Source of the DNA: a virus
Length of the DNA: 64,000 nt
Reading direction: 5' to 3' (one strand)
IMG/VR virus record: IMGVR_UViG_3300005836_000015
A program made the translations under genes and the position numbers. Within the stretch, counting starts at the first letter, position 1. Each line of letters starts with the position of its first letter. The notes under the pieces were generated by a model. That model ran no database searches. It was not told where the DNA came from and worked only from the letters and a program-made list of their open reading frames with translations. This document shows, piece by piece, positions 46,832 through 57,682 of the stretch.

Positions 46832-47127
46832 TGCCCAAGCCTGAAGCACCCCCCAATCTCGGCCACCTCATCGAAGGGGTGGTCGAGCGCGACCCCCTCT
46901 CGGACCGCTACGTCATCCACACGGTCGATGGCCGGGGGCGACCCCTCACGGTGGACGTCCAGGACCTTCTTGCCATGTACCTCGGCAAGGAGGTCCGCTT
47001 CACCTTGGCGAGCTTCGAAAATCTCGAGAAGCTCGCCAAGCTCGTGGAGGGGAAGGGTGGCGGCCGGGTCATGGGCATTCATCCCAGCGAACTGCCCGTC
47101 CCGTTCGATATCGTGCGCAAATCCTGA
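46831..47127 (+). CDS. hypothetical protein
   Basis: 98 aa; TGATG coupling. Confidence 0.6.
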   Translation: MPKPEAPPNLGHLIEGVVERDPLSDRYVIHTVDGRGRPLTVDVQDLLAMYLGKEVRFTLASFENLEKLAKLVEGKGGGRVMGIHPSELPVPFDIVRKS

Positions 47128-47130
47128 TCT

Positions 47131-47138
47131 CTGGTGTA
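47131..47138 (+). promoter_or_regulatory. candidate phage promoter motif CTGGTGTA
   Basis: 10 nt before the ligase ATG. Confidence 0.55.
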
Positions 47139-47148
47139 GAGACCGGGC

Positions 47149-49071
47149 ATGGTCTTCGAACTGATGGATCGTGCCAACCAGCTTCGCATCTCGGAGCTGG
47201 AGGAGCAGATTGCTCAAGCACGAGACGCCTACTACAACGGCACGCCCTCCGTCGAAGACGCCCTCTACGATGCCTGGATCGATGAACTGGCGGAGCTGAA
47301 GGCGGACAGTCCTGCGGTGACGGCCGTCGGTGCCCCCGTTGCGGTCTCCTCCTGGCCGAAGACAACGCACAGCATCCCGATGGGGTCGCTCGACAAGGTG
47401 CAGACCCTCGACGAGATGACCTCCTGGGTCAAAGCGAAGACCAGGAAGGAGCGCAAGTTCGAGCCCCTCCTCGTGACCGAAAAGCTGGATGGCATCTCAG
47501 TCAGCCTTCGCTACGAAGAAGGACTGTTCGTTCAGGCGATCACTCGAGGGGATGGCTTGGAAGGCGAGGACATCACGCCGAACGTGGCTCGGATGAAGGG
47601 TGTCCTGAAGCAATTGCCAGAGAAGACCTCGGTCATCTGCCGGGGCGAGATCATCCTCCTCAAGGAAGATCACCAACAGCACTTCCCGGAGACCTCCAAC
47701 CCGAGGAATACTGCGAGCGGGACGTCCAAGCGCCTCGACGGCAAGGGGTGCGAGCATCTCAGCGTCGTCGTGTACCAGGCTCTCGAGGGCCCAGAGTTCT
47801 CGACCGAAGGCAGTCAGTTCGAGTGGCTCACCAAGATGGGCTTCCAGGTGCCTCGCTGGTACGTCTCGGCGATGAACATCGGGAGCAAGACACCTCACGA
47901 TCTGTGGGTCGACTACCAACAGACCATCCGGGAACAGCTTCCCTACGAGATCGATGGCCTCGTTGTACGGTTGAACGACCTGGCCTACCAGTGGTCCCTT
48001 GGGGAGAAGAACGGCCGCCCGCTTGGAGCCGTCGCCTTCAAGTTTGCTCCCATCACCCGGGAGACTGTTTCAACGGGCCGGGTCGATCAGGTGGGAGGGA
48101 CGGGGCGCATCACGCCGGTCGCAGTCTTCAAGCCGATTCGGATTCTCGGAGCGGAGATCAGTCGGGCGAGCCTCTACAACCAGAGGTACATCGAGCAGAT
48201 CGGCTGGGATGTCGGGGCTCGTGTTCTGGTGAGCCGGGCCAACGACGTGATCCCACGTGTCGTTTCCGTGGTGGGACCGACGGGGACCATCTCGAAACCG
48301 CCCGCTGCTTGTCCTGAGTGTGGGACTGAAACGGTACGGGACGGTGAGTACGTTGTCTGTCCGAACACGGGTACGTGCCCTGCTCAGACGGAAGGGCGGA
48401 TCAAGCAGTGGATCCGTGAACTGGGCATCCTCGAGTGGGGGCCGACGCTCATCCAAAAGGTCGTTGGGGAAGGGCTCGTAGCCTCGGTGCCCGATCTTTA
48501 CCGGCTCAAGTTCGAGCAGCTCGCTGCCTTGGAACGGATGGGGGAGACCAGTGCCAAGAACGCCATCGCCGAGCTCAGGAAGGTCCTGCCGCTCTCGTTG
48601 GAGCAGTTCCTGGGCTCGCTGAGCATCCCTCTCTGTGCAACGAGCACGATGCAGACGGTGGTCGATGCAGGCTACGACTCGGTGGACAAGATCCGAGCGG
48701 CCACCAAGGAGCAGCTTCAAGGCATCCCGGGGATGGGTCCGAAGCGGGCCGAGGCCCTTGCGGCCTGGATGGCCCGTAACGGGGCTGTCCTCGACGAACT
48801 GGCCTCCGTAGGGGTTCGCCTCAAAGACCGGTCCAAGGGCGTCCTGACGGGCAAGAGCGTGTGCTTCACGGGCAAGAGCACCCGGAAGCGGGCCGACCTC
48901 GAACGAGTCGTCCAGGAGGCGGGAGGAACGGTCAAGAAATCGGTCGGGAAGGGTCTCACGTACCTCGTCATGGCGAGCTTCGACTCGACCTCGACGAAGG
49001 CTCAGGCGGCCAAGAAGAGCGGGGTGGAGTGCCTCTCCGAAGAGGACTTCCTACGCCTCGTCCAAGGGTGA
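47149..49071 (+). CDS. ligA: NAD-dependent DNA ligase
   Basis: YYNG...D..YD, MGSLDK, EKLDG, TRGDG..GEDIT, IDGLVV, AVAFKF, CPEC zinc finger, BRCT domain. Confidence 0.97.
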   Translation: MVFELMDRANQLRISELEEQIAQARDAYYNGTPSVEDALYDAWIDELAELKADSPAVTAVGAPVAVSSWPKTTHSIPMGSLDKVQTLDEMTSWVKAKTRKERKFEPLLVTEKLDGISVSLRYEEGLFVQAITRGDGLEGEDITPNVARMKGVLKQLPEKTSVICRGEIILLKEDHQQHFPETSNPRNTASGTSKRLDGKGCEHLSVVVYQALEGPEFSTEGSQFEWLTKMGFQVPRWYVSAMNIGSKTPHDLWVDYQQTIREQLPYEIDGLVVRLNDLAYQWSLGEKNGRPLGAVAFKFAPITRETVSTGRVDQVGGTGRITPVAVFKPIRILGAEISRASLYNQRYIEQIGWDVGARVLVSRANDVIPRVVSVVGPTGTISKPPAACPECGTETVRDGEYVVCPNTGTCPAQTEGRIKQWIRELGILEWGPTLIQKVVGEGLVASVPDLYRLKFEQLAALERMGETSAKNAIAELRKVLPLSLEQFLGSLSIPLCATSTMQTVVDAGYDSVDKIRAATKEQLQGIPGMGPKRAEALAAWMARNGAVLDELASVGVRLKDRSKGVLTGKSVCFTGKSTRKRADLERVVQEAGGTVKKSVGKGLTYLVMASFDSTSTKAQAAKKSGVECLSEEDFLRLVQG

Positions 49072-49075
49072 CGAG

Positions 49076-51352
49076 ATGCCTGAGACGATTTCTGGCCGGA
49101 TTCTTCGCATCGTCTACCAGAGCGAGAGCTTCTACATCCTGAACATGGAGGTCGAAGAGTCGGACCCGCCTGTCGCCAAGCAGGTCGAGGCGGCACGTGG
49201 CAACATCCACGGACTCATCCAGATTCGAGCGGGCGTCCCCTTGCGCCTCTCCGGCCGATGGAAACGGCATGCGAAGTACGGGCGACAGTTCTCGTTCTCG
49301 AGCTGGGAACCTTGGGCTCAGACCAGCGCTGACATCCGAGTCTTTCTTCAGACCTGCATCGAGGGGTTCGCAAATCCGTCGGTAGCAGCAGCCATTGCTG
49401 AACTGGGCACGAGCGTCTACCGAACGCTCACGAACTCGCCTGGCGCCCTCCAAGATCAACCTCCTCCTGGACTGACCCGAGAATCGATCGAGCCCGGTCT
49501 CCTTGGTTGGAGTCGAGCCATTGCCGTTCGGGATCTCTCCGAACTGCTGTTGGCCGGAGGGCTGGGAGCAAGCGACGTACAGATGGCGTTCATCCGCTTC
49601 GGGATGGATGCTCCGGCCGTCATTCGGGCGAATCCCTACCGGCTGATGGAGATCCTAGGGTTCTCCTTTCCGAAGGTCGACCAGTTGGCCCAGCACTTGG
49701 GCATCGACCCTCAGGACCCCCGACGGCTACAGGGAATCACCCTCTGGGCCTTGCAGGACGGAGGACTCCGAGGACATCTCTATCTTTCACGGGCGGGGGT
49801 CATCCGTGCGGGGATCGACCTCGCCTCTGAACATCGGTTGAAGTCCGTGGGGGCAACCCCTGAAGCCTACGGTCAAGCTCTTCAGGCCCTCGTGGAACAA
49901 GGGGCCGTCAGGTTGGAAGCAGGGTTGGGTGTCTACCTGCCCGACTACTACCGGTTCGAGCGCGACTCGGCCAAGATGCTCGGGGAGCTTCTCAAGCCCA
50001 AGCTGATCGAGATTGACCCGAAGCCCTTTCTGGAAGCGTACGAGCGGATCAACCGCATCACCTTGTCGGAGCATCAACGCCAGGCAGTCGAACGTCTCAT
50101 CGAGTATCCTGTGCTTGTTCTGACGGGGTTGCCGGGCACAGGAAAGACGACGGCCGTTCGAGCTCTGGTTCGAGTGTTCGAGGAGGCCCGCATCCAGTTC
50201 GCTTTGATGGCCCCGACGGGCATTGCAGCGAAGCGACTCGCTTCCGTGACCAGCCATGAAGCTTCGACGATTCATCGAGCCCTACGGTTCGACGGCACCT
50301 CTTGGGGGCACGGAGCTCACAATAGGTACCTTGTCGATGCCATCATCGTCGACGAGATGAGCATGGTCGACCAGGAGTTGTTCTTCCGACTCCTCAGTGC
50401 GCTTCGTCCTGGCACCCGTCTTGTGCTTGTGGGAGACGATGCTCAGCTTCCATCGGTAGGACCAGGGAACGTCCTGCGAGAGCTCGTGGACTGCAAGGAT
50501 GTGCCCAACGTACGGCTGACCCAAATCTTCCGTCAGTCGGAGACGAGCGAGATCGTCACGAACTCGCACCGGATCAATCGAGGGGAAGCTCCCGAGCTCG
50601 TCGACCCGAAGCAGGAGACCGCTTTCAAGTTCATCCGAATGGGGGACGAGGAGCGCATCGTCGAGACCGTTGTGGAGATGGCCGCCCGGCTCAAGGCTCG
50701 GGATGCCAACTTCCAGGTCCTTTCTGCCAAGTACGAAGGGACGGTCGGCGTCGACAACTTGAACCAGTGCCTCCGGGATCGATTGAACCCCGAGGGGCCA
50801 CGGGAGTGGAAGCAAGGAAAGCAGCACTTCCGCTTGGGGGACCGCTTGATGGTCATCCGCAACGACTACAAGCGGAGCGTCTACAACGGAGACGTGGGCA
50901 AGCTCGTCGAGATCAGTCGTGACGCCCTGGTCGTCAGGATCCATGGGGTCGGAGCAGGAGCCCTCGACATGGAGGTCGAATTCCCGAACGAGGTCGCCGA
51001 GGATAAGCTGCGGCTCGCCTACGCGATCACCGTGCACAAGTCCCAGGGGTCCGAGTTCGACACCATCATCCTCCCCATCGTGAAGCAGCAAGGGATCATG
51101 CTGCAACGGAACCTCCTGTACACGGCCATCACCCGAGCAAAGAAGCGGGTGTGGTTGCTCGGGGAGGAGGCCGCCATCGTGAAGGCCGTGGCGAACGATA
51201 AGGTCATTATGCGCAACACCGCCTTCGGAAAGGCGATCACCGAAGCGATGCGGGCCGGTGTAGGCACCCAGGGTGATGAAACCCAACTTGGAGAACCTGA
51301 CGGACGGGCAGAAGGAACGCCTGAAGAAGCTCGAGTCCGAGATCCGGTTTGA
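49076..51352 (+). CDS. recD2: RecD2/TraA-like SF1B helicase
   Basis: GLPGTGKTT, APTGIAAKRL, IVDEMSM, VGDDAQLPSVGPG, LTQIFRQ, YAITVHKSQGSEF, LLYTAITRAK. Confidence 0.95.
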   Translation: MPETISGRILRIVYQSESFYILNMEVEESDPPVAKQVEAARGNIHGLIQIRAGVPLRLSGRWKRHAKYGRQFSFSSWEPWAQTSADIRVFLQTCIEGFANPSVAAAIAELGTSVYRTLTNSPGALQDQPPPGLTRESIEPGLLGWSRAIAVRDLSELLLAGGLGASDVQMAFIRFGMDAPAVIRANPYRLMEILGFSFPKVDQLAQHLGIDPQDPRRLQGITLWALQDGGLRGHLYLSRAGVIRAGIDLASEHRLKSVGATPEAYGQALQALVEQGAVRLEAGLGVYLPDYYRFERDSAKMLGELLKPKLIEIDPKPFLEAYERINRITLSEHQRQAVERLIEYPVLVLTGLPGTGKTTAVRALVRVFEEARIQFALMAPTGIAAKRLASVTSHEASTIHRALRFDGTSWGHGAHNRYLVDAIIVDEMSMVDQELFFRLLSALRPGTRLVLVGDDAQLPSVGPGNVLRELVDCKDVPNVRLTQIFRQSETSEIVTNSHRINRGEAPELVDPKQETAFKFIRMGDEERIVETVVEMAARLKARDANFQVLSAKYEGTVGVDNLNQCLRDRLNPEGPREWKQGKQHFRLGDRLMVIRNDYKRSVYNGDVGKLVEISRDALVVRIHGVGAGALDMEVEFPNEVAEDKLRLAYAITVHKSQGSEFDTIILPIVKQQGIMLQRNLLYTAITRAKKRVWLLGEEAAIVKAVANDKVIMRNTAFGKAITEAMRAGVGTQGDETQLGEPDGRAEGTPEEARVRDPV

Positions 51353-51653
51353 GAAGTTGACGGTCTCCTTCTCCATCGAGGATCGCGACGGGGCCGGACG
51401 TCGCAAGCAGACGTTCTACTCGGCTTCGGCCAGTAGAAATGCAGAGCAGGACAAGAGCTGGACGATGCAAGAGGTTCAGATCCCCTCCTGCCTGCTCTCC
51501 CGGCATGTGGTCGTGATGACCTACCGGGATGCCCTGCAACGAAAGGTGTTGCCGAAGGAGGTCGTCGCGACGGAGCTCCCCGGCATCCTTCAGGCGTACG
51601 ACCAGACTCTTGCGAGCCTTCTCGCGAATGGCGAGGACAAGTCCGATGGATGA
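51276..51653 (+). CDS. hypothetical protein
   Basis: CCGGTGTA at 51255; 125 aa. Confidence 0.6.
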   Translation: MKPNLENLTDGQKERLKKLESEIRFEKLTVSFSIEDRDGAGRRKQTFYSASASRNAEQDKSWTMQEVQIPSCLLSRHVVVMTYRDALQRKVLPKEVVATELPGILQAYDQTLASLLANGEDKSDG

Positions 51654-52437
51654 GCCCAGGGTCAAAGAAATCTACGACGAACTGGAGAAGCTCGTCGTGA
51701 CCTTGGCTCGCGACCCGGTGTCCCTTGGGCCGGCCTATCTCCAGGATCTGATCTCTACAACCCGTGGGTACCTGAATCAGACGAGCAACTACCTCACGGA
51801 GGTCTTGCGGGAGCAGCACAGCCACGAGATGACCCTGACGGAACTGGAGGCAGCCTTCCAGGTGTCCTCGGACGACCTCATGGCCCACAACCGACAGGTC
51901 TCGAGCCTGCCGGCCATCCAAGACCGAATCGCCATGGTGAACGTCCTCTTGGCCGAAGACAGGCGAAAGATCATCGCCACGAAGAAGACCCTCAAGAATC
52001 TCGGGCTCGTCGAGAAGGTCATCCGCCATCGACACAAGGAGCTCGAGAACACCATGAGCGCGATTCGGCTTCAGCGCTCACTGGTCGAGACCGAGCTTCG
52101 GACGGGCTCGTTCTACGGGGATGAGAACGACCAGTCGAGGGGCTCGAAGTGGGGCAAGCCGAGCGGTACGTCGGGTGACCCCTCGGCGTACGAAGACCTC
52201 GACGAGAACGAGATCAACCGTCTCCTGCGTGAGGCTGAGGAGGAGCTCGAGAGTGGAGCCTCCGAGGAAGCCCCCAAAGGAGAGCCCGAGAACGGGACTC
52301 CTGAGGAGACATCCAAGGAGACCGTGGAGGCCAAGCCTGCCCCTCAGCCGAAGCTCGAGGAGCCGGAGGACGACGACATCACTCGCTTCCTGAATCAGGA
52401 AGCGAGCATTACGGAGGACATGTTCAAAGACTTGTGA
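51646..52437 (+). CDS. coiled-coil protein with acidic tail (possible recombination accessory)
   Basis: Heptad helices then Glu/Asp/Pro-rich C-terminus; in recombination cluster. Confidence 0.6.
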   Translation: MDEPRVKEIYDELEKLVVTLARDPVSLGPAYLQDLISTTRGYLNQTSNYLTEVLREQHSHEMTLTELEAAFQVSSDDLMAHNRQVSSLPAIQDRIAMVNVLLAEDRRKIIATKKTLKNLGLVEKVIRHRHKELENTMSAIRLQRSLVETELRTGSFYGDENDQSRGSKWGKPSGTSGDPSAYEDLDENEINRLLREAEEELESGASEEAPKGEPENGTPEETSKETVEAKPAPQPKLEEPEDDDITRFLNQEASITEDMFKDL

Positions 52438-52535
52438 CAACCTGGTCCCTGGTGGTGTAGGGACCACCCAACGTACCGGACTGACCAACCCTCAATTCGC
52501 CTGTTTGGTCGGGCCGGACCTACCGGAGAACAATC

Positions 52536-53426
52536 ATGAGCAATCCGTTCGAAGAAGACCTCGAGAACGTCGAGCAGTACGAAACCGAGGATGTCGGTCT
52601 TGCCCCCGAAGACCGTCAGTACACGAAGTCCAACGACCTCGAGTGGTTCAAGGGAGAGAAGGGGGTCTCCTACTACGTCGCCTGCATCTACTTCTGGCCG
52701 CTCATCATCTCCCGCATCTCTCGTGCGCGGAAGGAGGCGAAGGCCAAGAACGAGACGCTCTCGAAGGAGCAGGAGACCGAGCTGGCCAAGAAGATCCTCA
52801 CGAAGCGGGCCGAGGAGTACAACGTCGCCGTCGACCAGCTCAAGGATCACCAGAAGCTCGACCTCACCGAGGCGCACTTCAAGCGGATCCTCTTCCACTA
52901 CAAGGAGGGGATGGGCTACATCGTGTCGCGCCTCGGCAAGGACGGGGACTCCGCCGACGAGGTGTGGAAGATGCTCGGGGAACAGAAGGCGACCTTCACG
53001 ACCGTTCTTCTGCTCTATCCGGCGAACCGGAAGGGCGAGCTCGACAGCGAGCGGATCGCGAAGGACTTCCGGATCATGCCGTGGCGTCTCTCGCAGAAGG
53101 TCTACAACCAGCTCCACGGGCAGGCGGCGAGCCTCCGGAACAACAAGCTCTCGATCGCCGACCAGGATCTCCTGATCACCTGCACGAACTCCGACTACCA
53201 GAACTTCGACAAGATGGAGGGGAAGGGGCCGGCGATCTGGCGTCGGAGCCCCAAGTTCCAGGAGGTCGTGTTGGCGAAAGCCTACGCGCTCTACGACAAG
53301 CTCCAGCCGTTCCGTGAACTATCGACTGCGGACCTGAGGATCAAGCTCGGGGTCTCCGACAGTGGTGGGCGGAACGACGACGTGTCGATCGACGACGTGA
53401 CGGACCTGCTGAACAACAGCGTCTGA
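52536..53426 (+). CDS. putative single-stranded DNA-binding protein
   Basis: Acidic termini (DDVSIDDVTDLL), aromatic/basic core, upstream of RuvC and RecA; inference from context. Confidence 0.5.
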   Translation: MSNPFEEDLENVEQYETEDVGLAPEDRQYTKSNDLEWFKGEKGVSYYVACIYFWPLIISRISRARKEAKAKNETLSKEQETELAKKILTKRAEEYNVAVDQLKDHQKLDLTEAHFKRILFHYKEGMGYIVSRLGKDGDSADEVWKMLGEQKATFTTVLLLYPANRKGELDSERIAKDFRIMPWRLSQKVYNQLHGQAASLRNNKLSIADQDLLITCTNSDYQNFDKMEGKGPAIWRRSPKFQEVVLAKAYALYDKLQPFRELSTADLRIKLGVSDSGGRNDDVSIDDVTDLLNNSV

Positions 53427-53434
53427 CCCGTGTC

Positions 53435-54103
53435 GTGATCACCCTTGGGCTAGACCCGTCCCTGACTGGATTCGGCTGGTGCATCCACAATTCAGCCGTG
53501 ACCGGTCCGGGACGGGTCGTAGCCAAAGGAGTCTTCTCGACGCCGGCCAAACGCATCTTCGTGTGGCGGTACATGTTCCTTCGGGAGAAGGTCGGGCAAC
53601 TGCTCGACCAGTACCCCGAGATACAGAACGTGGGAGTCGAATCCCCGCCATTCGGAGAGTTGTTCAGTGAGGGGCTCTACGGCTTGTTTCTCTACGTCAA
53701 CGAGGCTGTGTTCCTTCGGAAGAAGGACATCGTTTACTTCGACCCGCAGACGGTCAAGCGCCTCGCCAAGATGGACCCCAGCATTCGTCGGGGGACCATG
53801 GACAAGGGAGACATGATCGAGGCCGCCAAGGTGGACTCCGAAGTCAAGCGTTGGAATCACAATGAGGCTGACGCTTACATCGTTGCGAGGTCGGCTGCGC
53901 GGTTCTGGGAGTTCTTGGAGGGCTACCTCCAAGAAGACGAGCTGACGCCTGCGGAACACGCCTCCTGGCTTTCCTCCCACACGTACGTGCGGGGTAGGAA
54001 GGCTGGCAAGACCGTCAGGAGTGGTCTCTCGTTCAAGGAGAACGACCGGTGGTTCCGGTTCTCCCTCTTGGAGCCTCATGAGATCGCGGTGACCGACCCC
54101 TGA
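53435..54103 (+). CDS. RuvC-like Holliday junction resolvase
   Basis: LGLDPSLTGFG, VGVESP, NEADAY acidic motifs. Confidence 0.82.
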   Translation: MITLGLDPSLTGFGWCIHNSAVTGPGRVVAKGVFSTPAKRIFVWRYMFLREKVGQLLDQYPEIQNVGVESPPFGELFSEGLYGLFLYVNEAVFLRKKDIVYFDPQTVKRLAKMDPSIRRGTMDKGDMIEAAKVDSEVKRWNHNEADAYIVARSAARFWEFLEGYLQEDELTPAEHASWLSSHTYVRGRKAGKTVRSGLSFKENDRWFRFSLLEPHEIAVTDP

Positions 54104-54119
54104 GAATTCGAGAGTCCCC

Positions 54120-55472
54120 ATGGTGAAAGAGACTGCTACCAAAGACAACAAGACCCCTTCGCCGGAACCGGCCAAGGCGGCTCCTGCCAAGCCTGGCCCG
54201 AAGCCGAAGACCGGGACGGACAAGACGGCTGCCGTCGACCAAGCGAAGATGGTCGCGGCGGCTCGCAACGCCATCCTCAAAGGCACCGGTCAGAAGCAGA
54301 TCGGCGAGAACCGGAAGCCCCTGGCCTCGGTTCCGAGTGGGAGCTCCTGCATCGACGACATGATCGGTGGGACGCTCTCTGCGGACAAGTCCGGGCCGAA
54401 GTGCCCCGGGTATCCTCGGCGGCACATCACCGAAATCTATGGTCCGGAGTCGTCCGGGAAGACGACCCTTGCCCTGGAAGCCATTTCCGAGGTCCAGCGC
54501 TTGGGTGGCATCGCGATGTTCATCGACTTCGAGCATGCCCTCGACCACCAGTACGCTCAGAGGGTGGGGGTGTCCTTCGATCAGGACAAGCTCATGCTCT
54601 ACGCCCCGGAGACGATGGAGCAGGGCTGGAAGATGATCTTCATCGGCATCGCCGGTGGAATCGACCTCATCGTCGTGGACTCGGTGGCGGCGATGGTTCC
54701 CGAGGCCGAGTACAAGAAGAAGCCGGGCGAGCCTCCGAAGATCGGTGCCGTGGCGGCCAGCATGAGCGAGAACCTCAAGAAAATCTGCGTTTGGCTGAAC
54801 GGCCCCGTCTCCAAGAACCCTCGGGGTGGGACGGCTCTCCTCATGCTGAACCAGATCCGGTCGACCATCTCTTCCGGCGGGGGTGGCAAGCCCCCGGCAA
54901 ACGACAACACCGCCGGAGGCAATGCCCTCAAGTTCTACGCCTACGTACGGCTGAAGGCCAGCCGTACGGGATCCGAGATCATCAAGCGCAAGAACCGGTT
55001 CACGGGCAAGGAGCAGTCGTACCCCTACGGCAACCACACGAGGGTCAAGCTCGTGAAGTCGAAGGTCGACGGCAAGCAGGGGTTCACGACCGACATCTTC
55101 ATCCGTTTCAACCACGGGGTCGACGACTTCTACTCGATGATCGAGGCCGGGGTCACGACGGGCAACGTCGAGAAGGAGGGCGCCTACTTCGAGTACGAAG
55201 GGCAGCGCTTCCAGGGCCGGGACAAGTTCCGGGCCTACCTCATGGACAACCCCAAGGTCTTCAATGGCTTGCGGGCGAAGGTCCTCGCGATGGTTCGCAA
55301 CGAGGATGACATCCAAGACAAGGACCTGAACGAAGAGGACGAGCTCGTTGCTCAGATGGAGAACGAGTTCCCCGACAGCGACAGCTCGGAGAGCACGCCC
55401 GAAGAGCTGGAAGTCGAAGCCGACGATGCCGAGACGCCCGAGGACAGCGAGGTGGAAGAGGCCGGGACGTGA
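54120..55472 (+). CDS. recA: RecA/UvsX recombinase
   Basis: EIYGPESSGKTT, FIDFEHALD, LIVVDSVAA, NQIR, GGNALKFYA, KVDG. Confidence 0.95.
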   Translation: MVKETATKDNKTPSPEPAKAAPAKPGPKPKTGTDKTAAVDQAKMVAAARNAILKGTGQKQIGENRKPLASVPSGSSCIDDMIGGTLSADKSGPKCPGYPRRHITEIYGPESSGKTTLALEAISEVQRLGGIAMFIDFEHALDHQYAQRVGVSFDQDKLMLYAPETMEQGWKMIFIGIAGGIDLIVVDSVAAMVPEAEYKKKPGEPPKIGAVAASMSENLKKICVWLNGPVSKNPRGGTALLMLNQIRSTISSGGGGKPPANDNTAGGNALKFYAYVRLKASRTGSEIIKRKNRFTGKEQSYPYGNHTRVKLVKSKVDGKQGFTTDIFIRFNHGVDDFYSMIEAGVTTGNVEKEGAYFEYEGQRFQGRDKFRAYLMDNPKVFNGLRAKVLAMVRNEDDIQDKDLNEEDELVAQMENEFPDSDSSESTPEELEVEADDAETPEDSEVEEAGT

Positions 55473-56710
55473 TCGAAGTCGAGGTCGAGAACTTCCAGTC
55501 GGTCGAGAAGGTTCGCTTCAAGATCGACGGGTTCACGGCCCTCGTGGGACGCTCGAACATCGGCAAGAGTGCCCTCGTTCGAGCTATCCAGAGCGCTCTC
55601 ACGGGGGCTTCAGGGACGGACTTCGTTCGTCATGGGTCCTCGTGTGAGCGGCGTCTGAAAGAGAACAAGAAGTGCAAGTGCCAGACGACCGTTCGGCTTC
55701 GGACTCCGAGGATTGAGCTGGTCTGGGAGAAGGGGGATGCCGTCAATCGGTACACGATCACACGGCCTGGGCAGGCCCCGGTCCCCTACGACAAGGTGGA
55801 TCGGGGAACCCCAGACTTCCTTCAGCCGGACTTCGCTCCGGTCAAAATTGGGGACAGCTCGAACCTGATCCAAGTATCAGAGCAGTTCAGCCCCATCTTC
55901 CTCCTCAATACCTCCGGGTCGGTGGTGGCTGACGTGCTCAGCGATGTGGCTCGGCTCGATGCGATCAACGAGGCCACACGCCTCGTGACGAAGGACCGCA
56001 AGGAAGCATCCTCCACGCGTACCGTCCGAGAACGGGACGTCGGAGAGCTGGCTCGAGACTTGACCGCCTACGATGGGTTGGACCTGTGCGTAGCCGATGT
56101 TCAACGTATCGAGGCTAAGCATGCGGACATCCTCGCCAGACAAGCCGAATTCCACGAGGTCCAGAGGATGGCGAGGCACATGGAGGTTCTGATCCCCTCG
56201 ATCCTGGCCATCCATGAAACCCTGAAGCCCAAGCTTCCCAACATCGAGACCGTCACCAAGACGTGGGAGCGCTTCGACAAGAACTTCGAGTTCGAACGAG
56301 AACTAGCCCAACGCTCGGAGGCTGTAGGGGAGCTAGAAGCTGTCGAGCAGGTGGACCTACCCAGCCTCGACAAGATACTTGAGAACCTCAAGTGGTTCCA
56401 GCAGGTGGACCAATGTCTGCGGCGATTCGTGGTCTTCAAGCAGGACTTCGAACGAGCCAGGGCTCTTTCGGCGGCGAAGGACCCAGATCCGGAAGGCGCC
56501 CGGACGGCCCTCGAACGGCTTCGGGTGGTTGCGGGGCTCCTCACGAGATACGAGGCCCTGACGACATCGATCACGACCCTTGAGGTCCAGGCCCAGACTG
56601 CCGATCAAGAGGCTGAAGCGGTCCTGGAAGAACTCAAGGAGTTGGGGATGTGCCCAACCTGTGCCCAGCCTGTCGGTACTGATCAGCACCTGCACCTGGA
56701 GGTGTCGTGA
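55469..56710 (+). CDS. SbcC/Rad50-like ATPase, N-terminal half with zinc hook
   Basis: VENFQS, GRSNIGKSAL Walker A, Q-loop, coiled coil ending CPTC. Confidence 0.85.
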   Translation: MIEVEVENFQSVEKVRFKIDGFTALVGRSNIGKSALVRAIQSALTGASGTDFVRHGSSCERRLKENKKCKCQTTVRLRTPRIELVWEKGDAVNRYTITRPGQAPVPYDKVDRGTPDFLQPDFAPVKIGDSSNLIQVSEQFSPIFLLNTSGSVVADVLSDVARLDAINEATRLVTKDRKEASSTRTVRERDVGELARDLTAYDGLDLCVADVQRIEAKHADILARQAEFHEVQRMARHMEVLIPSILAIHETLKPKLPNIETVTKTWERFDKNFEFERELAQRSEAVGELEAVEQVDLPSLDKILENLKWFQQVDQCLRRFVVFKQDFERARALSAAKDPDPEGARTALERLRVVAGLLTRYEALTTSITTLEVQAQTADQEAEAVLEELKELGMCPTCAQPVGTDQHLHLEVS

Positions 56711-57681
56711 GTCGCCTGGCCTTTCTCTTCCGCACGGATACCCACGCCGCAGACAAGGGTCCCGAATCGTGGAAGGGGGACTACCCGGGCGAGATTTGGT
56801 CCAGCCTCAAGCAGGTCGGTGACCTCGCTCGGGCGCATCGTGTGGAGGCCGTGCTGGACGGGGGAGACTTCTTCCACGTCAAGGCTCCCACGAGGAACTC
56901 CCACGGGCTCGTAGCGCAGGTTGCCCGAATCCATGCCGACTATCCGTGCCCGGTCTTCTCGGTCGAGGGAAATCACGATCTGACCTACAACAATCTGGAG
57001 ACGCTCGATCGACAACCCCTAGGAGTGCTCTTCGATACGGGGGTGTTCCGGCAATTGCGCGAACAGCTCTTCGAGGCAGAGGGCCTTCGAGTTCGGGTGG
57101 TCGGGGTCCCCTTCGTCCCGGGCCGGGGGCTCGACTTCTTGCAGAGCCTGAAGAAGCAACCCGGGGACGACCGCCTGATTGCTGTGGTTCATGCTTTGGC
57201 GGGGAAGAACCCTCCTGGGCACGTCGAGGACTTCTTCGGGGAGCCGGTGTTCCGATACCAGGACCTCGTGTTCGACGATGGCCCTGATGTTTGGTGCTTC
57301 GGGCACTGGCACAAGGATCAAGGGATCGAGCTACTCGAGAACAGGTGGTTCGTGAACCAAGGGGCCCTGAGTCGAGGGGCCCTGGTTCGAGAGAACCTCG
57401 AACGAGTTCCCAAGGTCGCCCTCATCGTGGTAGACGGACCCGACCTGAACGTGACCTCCCTGCCCCTTCAAGTTGCTCCGGCCTCTGAGGTCTTCGACTT
57501 GGAGCGTAAGGAGCGACGGGACAAGGAGGAGCAGATCATCGAACGATTCGTCCGCCGCCTCGAAGAGGACATCCAGTTCGACCCCTCAGCCTCGATTGAG
57601 GATAGCATCCGGGGCCTCGACTTTGCTCCAGAGGTTCGCGACCTGTCCCTCCAGTACCTCGAACGTGCACGGGAGAAGTGA
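56707..57681 (+). CDS. SbcD/Mre11-like nuclease
   Basis: TDTH, GGDFFH, GNHD, VH, GHWH metallophosphoesterase motifs. Confidence 0.9.
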   Translation: MSRLAFLFRTDTHAADKGPESWKGDYPGEIWSSLKQVGDLARAHRVEAVLDGGDFFHVKAPTRNSHGLVAQVARIHADYPCPVFSVEGNHDLTYNNLETLDRQPLGVLFDTGVFRQLREQLFEAEGLRVRVVGVPFVPGRGLDFLQSLKKQPGDDRLIAVVHALAGKNPPGHVEDFFGEPVFRYQDLVFDDGPDVWCFGHWHKDQGIELLENRWFVNQGALSRGALVRENLERVPKVALIVVDGPDLNVTSLPLQVAPASEVFDLERKERRDKEEQIIERFVRRLEEDIQFDPSASIEDSIRGLDFAPEVRDLSLQYLERAREK

Positions 57682-57682
57682 G

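Noticed and set aside
44891-55472. Inteins or self-splicing introns in nrdJ, ligA, recD2, recA
   Set aside because: Lengths and motif spacing are normal; no C...HN-C/S/T intein ends or frame breaks were seen.
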